Source: an uncultured bacterium (GTDB lineage Bacteria > Patescibacteriota > Saccharimonadia > UBA4664 > SCTI01). From it: a DNA stretch of 64,000 nt. The stretch is from contig CAVRJJ010000005.1 in the NCBI GenBank assembly GCA_963721685.1, forward strand, positions 231,943 to 295,942, read 5' to 3'. Shown here piece by piece: positions 9,407-21,508 of this stretch (the stretch's first letter is position 1; every line of letters begins with the position of its first letter). The notes below the pieces were generated by a model, which saw only the letters and a program-made list of their open reading frames with translations, ran no database searches and had not been told where the DNA came from. The translations under genes and the position numbers were made by a program.

Positions 9407-9772
9407 ATGGTCGTGGCTCAGCTGTTGCCCGATGAATCGACTCTGCTGCATGGCAATTGTTTCGCCTTGGACGTAACGCTCACGCATACATCGGGAGTTT
9501 TCTCGGGTGTCTGTGAGGTTGACGCAGTGCTGAGGTGGATCATTTTCCTCCACATCTATCGCCGGACGGACCCGCCAAACCCGAGACCGCCGATGGCACC
9601 TGACATGCTCGTCGACAACTTCGTTGTACCGTTGCCCATATGGACTCCGGTACATACAAACGCTTGTGGCTACCGGGTGACCTCTGGGAGCCTGGTTCTG
9701 CTATTTCCGCCATCGGAACCGCTAGCGGTTAGCCGCCAGGCTCGTTTGCCCTGGTGGGAGTGGGATGAGTAG
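9407..9772 (+). CDS. hypothetical protein (high-GC cassette, gene 1)
   Basis: GGAAGGA SD 6 nt upstream of ATG. 121 aa. Confidence 0.4.
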   Translation: MVVAQLLPDESTLLHGNCFALDVTLTHTSGVFSGVCEVDAVLRWIIFLHIYRRTDPPNPRPPMAPDMLVDNFVVPLPIWTPVHTNACGYRVTSGSLVLLFPPSEPLAVSRQARLPWWEWDE

Positions 9773-9802
9773 GTACCTGCCATCAACGACGAAAGGACCA
9801 CA

Positions 9803-10189
9803 ATGGCTCGTCAAACAGCTGTAGATAGACTCGGATTGCTCGCGATTCGCGCTCTTGAAGGGCGTGTCATCACGTGCAGGACTGCCGGAACAATCCGGAT
9901 CGGCGTGATCGAAGAGATCACGCTTCGTCCGGACAAGTCGGTGAATGTCGCCTACTCCCTTCGGTCTGAAGTGGAGGGGCCTCACTGGTTGCTCGTATCG
10001 GGCGCGTCTAGCATTACGTTGCCCGTCAATGGGACACCACAACCCACACCTGACGGAACCGGCATCATGTGGTATGTCGCCACGACGACCGTCGTGATCC
10101 ATGGCCCTCTGTCGACGCCTAACGGCGTTGCGGGGTGGTTCACTGCCGCGGCAGCCATGCGGTTACGACCCCCAGCCCCTCGCGGGTGA
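9803..10189 (+). CDS. hypothetical protein (high-GC cassette, gene 2)
   Basis: AAAGGA SD. 128 aa. Confidence 0.45.
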   Translation: MARQTAVDRLGLLAIRALEGRVITCRTAGTIRIGVIEEITLRPDKSVNVAYSLRSEVEGPHWLLVSGASSITLPVNGTPQPTPDGTGIMWYVATTTVVIHGPLSTPNGVAGWFTAAAAMRLRPPAPRG

Positions 10190-10328
10190 CGACCACGCAA
10201 GTGGAGTTCGTCGCTTGCGGCGGGCTCTACTGCACTTATTCTTCTTGCAAATGAGTAGATTTATATTGCATAATCCTGGAACGTTCCTTGAACAGCCCAG
10301 TCTACGAAGCCCGAAAGGGGTAAGAAGC

Positions 10329-10982
10329 GTGAGTAAATCAGATCAACCCGCCTACACCGTCATGGTCAGGAAGCGGGACGACGGCCGGATCATGGATCTC
10401 AGCGTCGAGGGCATGACCCTGGGCAAGCGGCTGTGGATGCACATTCCGGAGTCGGATTTCACCCGCCCAGGCATACGCCTGGAGGGCGATGGGGAGGTGG
10501 GCGCCGATGTGCTTTCCCGTCTCCTCGACTTCCATGCCCGATGGGTCCAGCTGGGCCCTACCTGGCTCAGGTGGAGGGCAGAACCTAGGTTCGGCAGTGC
10601 GGCGAATCTCGCTCCGATCATGGGGCTGCTGGGACGACTTCCCGGCTGCGAGGTCGCCTACCTTCCCTGGTTCAACACCGATATGGTGGCGGTGGACATG
10701 ATGCCGTCGCTTACCACCCTGCAGGCCAACGTCCCCCACAACCCGGCAGCGTCCCCTCTGACACTTGTGGGTTCGCTGACGGAGAGTGGCGGCAAGGGGA
10801 TCGTGCTCGAAGCTCGGGCGATAGGCATTGACGACAATGGCGGTCGCGGCGAACCGCACGCCGAACTGCTGGTTCGTGAGGCGGACACGGAAAACCGCTG
10901 GCAGCTTGTGCGTGTACGACTTAAGGAGGGCACGCACCCAGGAGCTCCCAAGCCGCGCTTTCCCTACGAGATCTACAACTAA
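10329..10982 (+). CDS. hypothetical protein (high-GC cassette, gene 3)
   Basis: GTG start with AAAGGGG SD. 217 aa. Followed by a terminator. Confidence 0.45.
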   Translation: MSKSDQPAYTVMVRKRDDGRIMDLSVEGMTLGKRLWMHIPESDFTRPGIRLEGDGEVGADVLSRLLDFHARWVQLGPTWLRWRAEPRFGSAANLAPIMGLLGRLPGCEVAYLPWFNTDMVAVDMMPSLTTLQANVPHNPAASPLTLVGSLTESGGKGIVLEARAIGIDDNGGRGEPHAELLVREADTENRWQLVRVRLKEGTHPGAPKPRFPYEIYN

Positions 10983-10985
10983 CGC

Positions 10986-11012
10986 GCCCCGCAGGCCCCC
11001 GCTTGCGGGGCG
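10986..11012 (+). terminator. Rho-independent terminator
   Basis: GCCCCGCA stem / TGCGGGGC complement, followed by a short T tract. Confidence 0.5.
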
Positions 11013-11161
11013 CCTGTCGTTTAAACAGTTACGCTCTCGATGCGCTTAAGCTAAATGCCAAAAAAGTCGTAGAGATGCACCCGGATATTGCCACAATCTT
11101 CCAATGCACTAATGCTACGCCGAGGCGTAGAGTGGGGAGGAAATAGAGGAGGAGTTAGGCG

Positions 11162-11422
11162 ATGGCAACCAAGCAGTCACCACGATCAAAACGTAAGTAC
11201 GAAGATAATTTTTACGAGACCATGCCGGGCGGTTTGTACATTGATTCCCGCGAGCTTTTTCCGGGCCGGGTAGCGGATGACGACACACTTGAAGCTGGGG
11301 AAGATAAGCAGAAAAAAACGGGAAACCGAATGCTGCGCCAAAGCCTAATCCTTATTGGACTGCTCGTTGCTCAAGTTATCTTGTTTATGCTCCTCATTAA
11401 TTACACTGTCAATTTAGGCTAG
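11162..11422 (+). CDS. small membrane protein, hypothetical
   Basis: GAGGAG SD. C-terminal TM helix. A palindromic hairpin plus T-rich tract follows at 11417-11450. Confidence 0.45.
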   Translation: MATKQSPRSKRKYEDNFYETMPGGLYIDSRELFPGRVADDDTLEAGEDKQKKTGNRMLRQSLILIGLLVAQVILFMLLINYTVNLG

Positions 11423-11701
11423 CACAGCTAGCCTCCTTGGCGTTTTGTTGGTGGCTTCCGTTTTTGGCCGGGCGCCTGTAGCTGCTCGCCAAAGTTTTCG
11501 GAATTTGATTTATACTTCCGTCGTGTTTCCGCTGATTTTCGCCCGCCTAGCTGACCTGCGCGCGCGTGTCCGGCTGAGTCTCCGTGCCATCCTCGTGCCA
11601 TACTGGTACCCCCTTTGCATTATCTAATGATAGGGGCATTATAGCCAAGCGGGGAGGAATCTTCGTTGTGCGAATCGCTAACTTTACCGCGAAATTTGTA
11701 T

Positions 11702-12343
11702 TTACTTCTTTTGTGAAGCGTCGTCGATTAACCCTTTAAGAGTGTTGTAGTCGAAGGAAGTGGCTTTCATGCCGTCAACATAAAAGGTGGGGGTAGATTG
11801 GACTACCAACGAATTTCCATCAGCCAGATCATCTTGTACAATTTTCTTTATTTCAGCGGTAGCGCTGTCCTGCTTGAATTTAGGGATATCCAAACCAATT
11901 TCCGCGGCGTATTTATCAAAATGCTCACTGGGGTTGCCGGCGGTTGCCCATTCGGTTTGGTGTTCATACAACTTGTCGTGCATTTCCCAAAACTTATTTT
12001 GGACGGCGGCGGCTTCAGCGGCGTACGCGGCCGGTTTGGCGTTTTTATGTATCTCAAGAGGGAAGTTACGGAACACAAAATTAATTTTACCGTCAAAATC
12101 TTGGAGCACCTTTTGCATAATAGGATGCGCCTGTTTACAGGCGGGACATTGGTAGTCGCCAAACTCTACCACCTGTATTGGACCGGCGCCGGTTTTATGG
12201 CTTGTCTGGTTTGACAGCTTAGAGAGGTCAGCCTTTGGGCCGGTGGTTGAATTGCCGGAATCACCAGCTGCCATAAACAGCGCGATCATCCCCGCGGTTA
12301 TAACTAATACGATACCTGCTAAGATTTTTGCTTCACGACTCAT
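11702..12343 (-). CDS. DsbA/BdbD-like thiol-disulfide oxidoreductase, membrane-anchored
   Basis: N-terminal TM, then a thioredoxin fold with CPAC active site. Confidence 0.75.
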   Translation of the reverse strand: MSREAKILAGIVLVITAGMIALFMAAGDSGNSTTGPKADLSKLSNQTSHKTGAGPIQVVEFGDYQCPACKQAHPIMQKVLQDFDGKINFVFRNFPLEIHKNAKPAAYAAEAAAVQNKFWEMHDKLYEHQTEWATAGNPSEHFDKYAAEIGLDIPKFKQDSATAEIKKIVQDDLADGNSLVVQSTPTFYVDGMKATSFDYNTLKGLIDDASQKK

Positions 12344-12780
12344 GAGCGTTTGCCCCTTTCATACACCATCAGAGTTATCATCGATATGATTATGATACTA
12401 AAGGCAACCAAGGACATAAAGGGAATGGTGATAAAACCAAACAAGTTGATTTGGACGGTGGTGCAAGATACTCCTTGAATACAGGGAGAAAGAGTGTCGG
12501 AAATAAGCTTCCACTGAATTAGCGTGTGGTATAGGGCGATAACCCAACCGATACCGGCTAAGGGAAGGACATACTGGCACAAGCCCCGCTCGCCGCGCAA
12601 GATCCCTACGCCTAAGATAATTACTAAGGGGTACATGGCAATACGCTGGTACCAGCACAGGATGCAGGGGGGCAAGTGGCGAACCTCGCTTAAATATAAA
12701 CTCACTATCGTAGCGATAAGGGCCACGGCAAACGCGATATAAACCGAGAAGTGCATTCCTTTACGGGGGGGAGTAGACAT
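12340..12780 (-). CDS. disulfide bond formation protein B (DsbB/BdbC)
   Basis: Four TM helices and a CILC pair (CxxC) in the first periplasmic loop. Start/stop overlaps the DsbA-like gene. Confidence 0.7.
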   Translation of the reverse strand: MSTPPRKGMHFSVYIAFAVALIATIVSLYLSEVRHLPPCILCWYQRIAMYPLVIILGVGILRGERGLCQYVLPLAGIGWVIALYHTLIQWKLISDTLSPCIQGVSCTTVQINLFGFITIPFMSLVAFSIIIISMITLMVYERGKRS

Positions 12781-12865
12781 GAAACTAGTATAGCATCAGC
12801 GTAATTATGTTTTGGCAGCAGTAATCGCGTGTTTTTTGGGCCGGCGGGCACTGCAATTATTAAGC

Positions 12866-12874
12866 ATAACTGAT
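12866..12874 (+). promoter_or_regulatory. extended -10 element (TGaTATAAT) upstream of the atp cluster
   Basis: Sequence only, in the intergenic region 12781-12921. Confidence 0.3.
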
Positions 12875-12921
12875 ATAATACAGAAGTAATTACGTAAGCA
12901 TGTCACAGCTTACAGAAGGCT

Positions 12922-13566
12922 GTGGTAGAGGTGATAATGACTGATGTATTAATATTCGGATTGCTTGTGCTAAATGCCGTGCTCTTAGTGCTGGTTTGGT
13001 ACTTCTGGAAGTCCGCACAAGAAAAGCATCCGCAAAAAGCGGAGGAAGCGCCGTCTAACGCTTCCTCCGAGCCGGAGCCCCCCGCGGTTAAGCTGCCCGA
13101 GCTGTCACCGGAAGAGTTGCAACGTTTAGAGCAAGCGGCGTCAACGGCATTTGAACAAGCGGTTAACAGCGCTACCGACCGGTTTGGTAAAAGTTTGGAC
13201 GAAACTTCGGGCCGGCTTAACCAGCTTATTACCCGTTTGACTACCGGGATTGTAGAAAAAGAGCTTGACCAGTATAAGGCCAATGTCGACGAAGCCCGCA
13301 AAGCCGCCCTAGCCAGCCTTTCAAACATGCAAACCGCGGTTGAGGCCCAGCAACAAACCTTGCAAGCCGAAATTGATAAAGCCTTAATTGACCGCCGAAC
13401 CTATTTGCTTGAGCGGCTCGACAGGCGTTTGGGTGAAGCGGTATCAACTTATTTGGTTGAAAGTCTTGGCCAAGCCGCCGACCTGGGAGCCCAGCGGGCA
13501 TTCTTACTGGAAAGCTTAGAGCGCCATAAAGCTGATCTAAAAAGTGAGTTTGGTGATGAAACCTAA
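12922..13566 (+). CDS. ATP synthase b-subunit-like stator protein
   Basis: N-terminal TM followed by a long A/E/K/Q/R-rich helix. Sits immediately upstream of atpH and atpA. Confidence 0.45.
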   Translation: MVEVIMTDVLIFGLLVLNAVLLVLVWYFWKSAQEKHPQKAEEAPSNASSEPEPPAVKLPELSPEELQRLEQAASTAFEQAVNSATDRFGKSLDETSGRLNQLITRLTTGIVEKELDQYKANVDEARKAALASLSNMQTAVEAQQQTLQAEIDKALIDRRTYLLERLDRRLGEAVSTYLVESLGQAADLGAQRAFLLESLERHKADLKSEFGDET

Positions 13567-14023
13567 GCTGCCAAAAGAAGTTTATTCGATTGACCAGATT
13601 CTGGCGGTGTCCGAAGAGCTACATAGTTACAGTGTTTACCTCGCTTCCAATCGGGTACAGGGTAAAACACCGGAAACGTTTGATTTGTCTTTCCGAGCAG
13701 AAGCCGTGGTGAATTTAATGCCGGAAGACCAGCGGACCGACCAAGGGATTGAGGCCTACCGGGTAGAGCTGGAGGGATTGGCCACCAGCGCTCCTACCGT
13801 CACCCTGGTATTGGCAGCCCAGGCCAAACCCAGTCTTAAGCAAGAGCTGGTGAACTGGCTGCGTGCCAATATCCACCCCGACCTCCTGGTTAATTTCCGC
13901 GCCAACCCCAATATTGCCGGCGGGGTGGTTATCCGCACAGTCAACCACGTGTATGACTGTTCGTTCCGCCAGGCATTATTGGCCCATCCGGAAAAGTTTA
14001 CCGAGGTGTTAACCCGTGTTTGA
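13544..14023 (+). CDS. atpH: F-type ATP synthase delta (OSCP) subunit
   Basis: Operon position. C-terminal ...NIAGGVVIRTVNHVYDCSFRQAL matches the delta consensus. Start may be ATG 13556. Confidence 0.6.
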   Translation: MSLVMKPKLPKEVYSIDQILAVSEELHSYSVYLASNRVQGKTPETFDLSFRAEAVVNLMPEDQRTDQGIEAYRVELEGLATSAPTVTLVLAAQAKPSLKQELVNWLRANIHPDLLVNFRANPNIAGGVVIRTVNHVYDCSFRQALLAHPEKFTEVLTRV

Positions 14024-15439
14024 AAATGAGCAGTTTGGGCGGTTAATCGCCGACGGCAAACCATCTGGCGAGGTAGTAGCAATTAAGGAGCTGCTTACGA
14101 TTGTGCGGGGACTCGAGGGCGCGGCTGTGAATAGCCTTGTCATGTTTGAAGATGGTAGCCGCGGGATGGTGCGGTCGGTCAAAGATTCCCTAGTGGAGAT
14201 TTTAACCTTCGCGGCCGAGGGGGCTAAATTAGGGAGCATCGCCGTGCTTGAGCGCGATATTTTGCAAACCAAGGTAGGGGAGGGCCTGATCGGCCGGGTC
14301 GTGAATGTCTTGGGTGAGCCGCTCGATGGGAAAGGGCAAATAGCCACCAGCGGAGAAGAGCCGGTATTTGCTACCGCCCCCGGTATTATTGAGCGCCAAG
14401 CGCTCGATGCCCAGTTGGTTACGGGAGTGGCCATTGTTGATTCACTGTTTCCGTTTGTGTTGGGGCAGCGTATCGCCGTCCTAGGGGATAACAAGTCTGG
14501 CAAAAGTACCTTTATGCGGCAACTAACCCAGCAGCAAGCAACGCAAGATGGCCGGATAATCATTTATGTCTTAATTGCCAAGCGCCAGGTTGATGTGGAT
14601 ACGTTGATTGCCGAGCTTAATGAGACCGGCGCCATCACGCACTCTATTGTGGTGGTTGCATCCAGCTTTGATGCGCTCAGCCAATCATATCTGGCGCCCT
14701 ATGTTGCCTGCGCAATGGGCGAGTACCTCTGGAAGATGGGGCGTAATATCATTATCATTTATGATGACCTTACCAACCACGCCAAAGTCTATCGTGAAAT
14801 TTCATTGCTCGCCGAAGTCTCGCCAGGCCGCGACTCGTATCCCGGCGATATGTTCTACGCCCACTCATCCCTTTTGGAGCGGGCGGGAAAATTAAGGGAT
14901 GGCGGCGGCACCTTTAGCGCGATTCCTGTCATTTTAACGCCCAATGACGACATTACCGCCTACCTTTCAACCAGTATTATGTCCATTACCGACGGGCAAA
15001 TTATTTTTGACTTGCAGTCGTTCCGTAAAGGAGTCCGCCCGGCCGTGAACGTTGGTTTAAGCGTTTCCCGTGTGGGCGGGCGTGTGCAAAATAAGGATTG
15101 GAAAAAGCTGAGCGGGCAGTTGTTTAGGAAGCTCGCCGACTACCGGCAAGCCGCGGAGTTCTCGCAGTTCGGCTCGGAGCTTTCTCCGGAGGCGCAGGCT
15201 GACCTCGCCCTCGGTCGGCAGCTGTATGAAGTCTATAAGCAGTTGCCCCGAGATTTGTATGACATTAACACCCAATATCTCATGTTGGCGACACCGATGG
15301 CGGGTGCCGGTAAGGTTTCCTTGAATGTGGTGATGCTAAAAGCTGAGGCCGCTAAGCGGGCGGCGAGCCTCGCACCTGATGCAGACCTGAATCCGGTGGT
15401 CCAGGAGCTCTTACAAGCGGCAACGGTACAGGTGGCCAA

Positions 15440-15443
<4 letters not shown>
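14016..15443 (+). CDS. atpA: F-type ATP synthase alpha subunit
   Basis: YLAPYVACAMGEY, IIYDDL, SITDGQI and RPAVNVGLSVSRVGG blocks. P-loop reads GDNKSGKST rather than GDRQTGKT. Confidence 0.9.
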
Positions 15444-17606
<2,163 letters not shown>

Positions 17607-17608
17607 CT

Positions 17609-17866
17609 ATGGATACCCAGGAAAAATTAAAAATTAAAGTATTTTCGCCCTATCAAACTTTTTTTGAAGGAACCGGGGTATCGCTATCCGCGGTTAACCA
17701 AACCGGGCCTTTTGATATTTTAGCGGGGCATTCCAATTTCTTCTCGATTATTAAACCTGGCCGGGTAACGGTGGACACCGGATTTCAAACCCCGGTTATT
17801 ATTGAGGTTGAAAGCGGCATTTTGCGGGTTACCGACAATAAGGTAACATTGTATGCTAACGTTTAA
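17609..17866 (+). CDS. atpC: F-type ATP synthase epsilon subunit (N-terminal beta-sandwich only)
   Basis: 85 aa, immediately after atpD. Confidence 0.65.
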   Translation: MDTQEKLKIKVFSPYQTFFEGTGVSLSAVNQTGPFDILAGHSNFFSIIKPGRVTVDTGFQTPVIIEVESGILRVTDNKVTLYANV

Positions 17867-17887
17867 TTAACTATTACGGGAGCAACC

Positions 17888-18433
17888 ATGAAGCGCGTTG
17901 CCATGGTACTTTTTATTACGGCCGCCCTGGCCGCACTTTTTGGATTCATGCAGCTCGGTATCCACCAGCGTCATGTGGCCGAGCAGGTTGGCGCTATTAT
18001 CAAAGCCGATAAGGCTGGAGAGGTGATAGCCGGTACCGAGAATGACTTAGTTGCCTATACCCGGTCACATATGAAAACCTCAACCCGTTATGTGCTTGAG
18101 GGGAGTTATGCCCGAGCTGTAGAAAGCGCCCAGGCTGCCGCCAACCCCGCCAGTAACGGACAGGTTTACGCCGCGGCCCAAACGGCTTGTGCCGGTAGGG
18201 CCGACTCGGTTGCCCAGGCGCGATGTGTCCAAACTTATTTGGCAACCCACGCTACGCCCGCCGCCAACCCCTCCGCGGTCAGCTTGCCGGAAAAAGGGGA
18301 TTACACCAAAAGCGTTTCTTCGCCTGGGTGGACGCCGGATTCAGCAGGGTTGGCGCTTCTGGTTACTGTGGCGGCGTTTGTGCTGGCAGCCTACCTAATG
18401 CTTTTATCCTTAACTAAAAAAGCCTCCTATTAA
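17888..18433 (+). CDS. hypothetical membrane protein
   Basis: N- and C-terminal TM helices. Confidence 0.5.
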   Translation: MKRVAMVLFITAALAALFGFMQLGIHQRHVAEQVGAIIKADKAGEVIAGTENDLVAYTRSHMKTSTRYVLEGSYARAVESAQAAANPASNGQVYAAAQTACAGRADSVAQARCVQTYLATHATPAANPSAVSLPEKGDYTKSVSSPGWTPDSAGLALLVTVAAFVLAAYLMLLSLTKKASY

Positions 18434-18447
18434 GCAGGAGGCTTTTT
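18416..18447. terminator. bidirectional Rho-independent terminator
   Basis: AGCCTCCT / AGGAGGCT 8-bp stem with a 7-nt loop, flanked by A5 and T5. Serves convergent genes 17888-18433 and 18465-18971. Confidence 0.75.
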
Positions 18448-18464
18448 AGAAATAACAGCTTAAC

Positions 18465-18971
18465 TTACTTTTTTCCGCTCGCTTTATATTCTTTGATGGC
18501 TTGGGCTACTTTCCCGTCATCCTTAAGATTTTCCCAAAAGAGGACTTGCTCGCGAGATACATACATGGAATCTTCCGGTCCATGAAGTTCGCCGCCAAGC
18601 TTGGCTAAAGAAACCTTGGGCTGGGCCGTGTCGGCCTTTTGTCCTGGCTGGACTTGCTGCTGGGCAGCACCGTCCACCTGAAGGTAGTAAATATCGGTGA
18701 GTTTTACATAGCTGCTGTTAATATTGGCCAGCTTGCCAAAATAAACCTGCCCGTTGGTTAGGAACAAGGCTTGGGTCTGCTTGCCTTTTACGGGAGGGTT
18801 GTCTCCGCTACTGCCTATAAGGCGAGTAACCAGGTAGGCGGTTAAGACTACGGAAGTGATAATGAGCAATACTACCAGTACGGTATTAAGAATACTGCTA
18901 TTGCCTGATCCGCTAGCCGGAATTACCGGAGCGTGGTGAACGGGGGGTTGCGCGCTGCGACGAGGTTCCAT
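18465..18971 (-). CDS. hypothetical membrane-anchored protein
   Basis: 168 aa with one TM after a Pro-rich N-terminus. Confidence 0.5.
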   Translation of the reverse strand: MEPRRSAQPPVHHAPVIPASGSGNSSILNTVLVVLLIITSVVLTAYLVTRLIGSSGDNPPVKGKQTQALFLTNGQVYFGKLANINSSYVKLTDIYYLQVDGAAQQQVQPGQKADTAQPKVSLAKLGGELHGPEDSMYVSREQVLFWENLKDDGKVAQAIKEYKASGKK

Positions 18972-19199
18972 AAAAACTCCACTTAACTTTAAAAACTATA
19001 GACCACTGCCTTTAGACTTAAGTATAACTTAATAAGCTTATGGCTACAACCGCCCCGAGAGGCTAAATCAGCTAAATCTGAGATTTTTACCAAAAATGGG
19101 CGCCAATCTGTTGGAGGCCTATTTTCAGATAGAAAAGTTGACAACCCTACAACCGTTAGCTTAATCTGAAACTCAAGATTAACTATAAGTGAGGTTCCG

Positions 19200-19397
19200 A
19201 TGGCTTTTTCGCACGTTAACTCAAAAGGTCAAACATATTATCTACATATGCGTGACGTCACCCTTAAGGGTGGCCGCGTACAGCGCATATATTTCTTTGC
19301 CCGCGAGGTAAAGGATGGTGCTATTGACGCGCTGCCAGATGGCTATATTGTAGTGGAAAACCCACGCACCGGCCTGCCGATTCTCAAGAAGGGCTAA
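19200..19397 (+). CDS. small hypothetical protein
   Basis: 65 aa with a weak SD (TGAGG). Confidence 0.35.
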   Translation: MAFSHVNSKGQTYYLHMRDVTLKGGRVQRIYFFAREVKDGAIDALPDGYIVVENPRTGLPILKKG

Positions 19398-19611
19398 TCC
19401 CCTCCCTAAGGAAGCAAAAAAGTCGCTTAAGAAAGCGGCTTTTTTGATACCCACACGAAAATTCCTAAAAGGGTAGTGTATACTTAAGCCTACTATGAAA
19501 CCAGAGCTACGATCATGTTGATAAACAAACGCGTAACCACCTGGTCCGGTTTTAGCGGATAAGCACTCTCGCGAGAGGGGCTTATTACTTAACCGACTAG
19601 GGAAAAATTAA

Positions 19612-20301
19612 ATGAATATTTTTAAAAGTGTTAAAATTCGTACCTTTGATATGGTGGTGGCGCTCTATATTTTCGGGGTCATGACATCTGAAATGCTTGG
19701 GTCTAAAACCTTCCCCATCGCGACCATCGGTACCTTTCACTTAAACGCGACGGTTGCCATTTTTGTTTTACCGCTCCTGTTTACTTTGACCGACGCTGTA
19801 GTTGAGGTATACGGCAGGGCGCGGGCGAGAAGTATGATTTTTGCCGGTTTAGCCACCATTGTCCTGCTCTTTTTCTTCCTTTGGCTAGCAACGAGCTTGC
19901 CGCCATCAACAAGATCCAGTGAAAATGAAGTAGCCTATGATGCCATTTTTGGCGCTTCAATGCGGATTGCCTTAGCTAGCCTGGCGGCCTTCGCGATCGC
20001 GGAACTCTTGGATGTAGCTATCTTTAGCAAGCTGCGGGAAAAAATGAAGAGCAAGGCCTTGTGGTTTCGCAATAACGCCTCTAACTTCGTATCCCAGTTT
20101 GTCGACTCCGCGGTATTCTTAACGCTGGCTTTTTACGCGTTCAACATGCCATTTAACGAAAACTTCAGTTTTTTGTTGGGACTGTTGATTCCCTACTGGC
20201 TGTTACGCTGCTTACTTTCCCTGCTGGAAACCCCGCTGGTTTACGCTGGTGTTTGGTGGCTAAAGCGCGATAAGGAAGCGCTAGCTACTGCAGCCAAATG
20301 A
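19612..20301 (+). CDS. yhhQ: queuosine-precursor transporter YhhQ (VUT/DUF165 family)
   Basis: Blocks LTDAV, ASLAAFAIAELLDVAIFSKLRE and NFVSQFVDSAVF align with E. coli YhhQ as recalled. Confidence 0.65.
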   Translation: MNIFKSVKIRTFDMVVALYIFGVMTSEMLGSKTFPIATIGTFHLNATVAIFVLPLLFTLTDAVVEVYGRARARSMIFAGLATIVLLFFFLWLATSLPPSTRSSENEVAYDAIFGASMRIALASLAAFAIAELLDVAIFSKLREKMKSKALWFRNNASNFVSQFVDSAVFLTLAFYAFNMPFNENFSFLLGLLIPYWLLRCLLSLLETPLVYAGVWWLKRDKEALATAAK

Positions 20302-21053
20302 TCGTCCGGGCTGTCACTACCCGAGTGGTGGTTCCCGGCGGGGGAACGTTATTGCAACTGCTCGATGAGACAATAACTGAGTTACCCGAGGGAAGCATCT
20401 TGGCTATCACTTCAAAGGTGGTGTCAATCTGTGAAGGAAGGGTCGTGCCAATCGAGGGTACCAATAAGTCGGCGTTGGTGCAGCAGGAGTCGCAACACTA
20501 CTTACCGGCGGAGGCCACCCGCTATGATTTTGAGTTGGCAATCGCTAATAACACCCTGGTGCCAAGCGCCGGCATTGACTCCTCAAATGGGGGTAGCTAC
20601 TACGTGCTATGGCCAAATGATCCCCAGGGTTCAGCCAATCAAGCACGAGAGTTTTTGGCAAAACGGTTCGGATTAGAAAAGGTGGGCGTGGTAATTACCG
20701 ACAGCACTTGTACGCCACTGCGTTGGGGCGTTACCGGTATCGCCCTAGCACATAGTGGCTTTGAAGCTCTCCATAGTTACGTTGGACAACCCGACTTGTT
20801 TGGCCGTCCCTTTGAAGTGAGCCAGGCCAACATTGCCGGAGGATTAGCCGCCGCGGCCGTACTGGAGATGGGGGAGGGCGCTGAGAGTACTCCCATCGCG
20901 ATCATTGAAGCTCCCTCTCGCGTTAGCTTTCAGTCGCGCAACCCAACTGCCGAAGAACTCGCCGCCCTTGTAATTGACCCCAAAGATGATGTCTTTGCGC
21001 CACTATTAACCAGCGTAGATTGGCAAAAGGGCGATAAGTCTGCTTCTACTTAG
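20298..21053 (+). CDS. CofE-like F420-0:gamma-glutamyl ligase family protein
   Basis: SKVVSICEGR, AGIDSSNGG and VITDS blocks. Start overlaps the yhhQ stop (ATGA). Confidence 0.55.
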   Translation: MIVRAVTTRVVVPGGGTLLQLLDETITELPEGSILAITSKVVSICEGRVVPIEGTNKSALVQQESQHYLPAEATRYDFELAIANNTLVPSAGIDSSNGGSYYVLWPNDPQGSANQAREFLAKRFGLEKVGVVITDSTCTPLRWGVTGIALAHSGFEALHSYVGQPDLFGRPFEVSQANIAGGLAAAAVLEMGEGAESTPIAIIEAPSRVSFQSRNPTAEELAALVIDPKDDVFAPLLTSVDWQKGDKSAST

Positions 21054-21240
21054 TTTCTTTATCGGACACGAAGAACAGCAACACGCCAAGCAGAGAGGCA
21101 GGTATGCCGAACATACTTGCAAGGAGGGTAATGCTTTTTGTAGTTTCTTTATCAGGGATTACGCCTGTTACTACCAACAGCACAATTATTACCAGTAGAA
21201 GTGGGAACGATAACATTAAATACTTACTATTTTTTCGCAT
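21046..21240 (-). CDS. small two-TM membrane protein
   Basis: 64 aa, hydrophobic. Confidence 0.4.
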   Translation of the reverse strand: MRKNSKYLMLSFPLLLVIIVLLVVTGVIPDKETTKSITLLASMFGIPASLLGVLLFFVSDKETK

Positions 21241-21508
21241 ATAATATCCTCCTATAGCATTATAGATAAAAAAACCGGCCGCCTGCTATAGACGACCGGT
21301 TGCCTCTTAGGCGCTGGGTTAGATCTAGGCGCTATCCCCTCCTTGATAGCTGTTCGAACGCCCGTTAGATAAAGGACTTTCCAAGATCACCCCCTTTCGT
21401 TTTATTATGCCCATATAATATCAAATAATAACCGTAAGCGGAATATTGTTTGCAATTTCTATGGATAAAATGCTACCGTAAGCGTAACTAAAGGTGAGCA
21501 TTAATTTT

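Noticed and set aside
11445-11627. 60-aa ORF after the small membrane protein gene
   Set aside because: No SD. It overlaps a terminator-like hairpin region. The translation is Arg/Leu-rich noise.
13715-14563. Minus-strand ORFs antisense to atpH/atpA (77-184 aa)
   Set aside because: They are antisense to strongly conserved ATP synthase genes.
19455-19611. Calling a definite preQ1-I riboswitch upstream of yhhQ
   Set aside because: The expected P1 stem / UUCUAGCUACAC loop / A-rich tail could not be laid out on the sequence. Kept only as a low-interest hypothesis.
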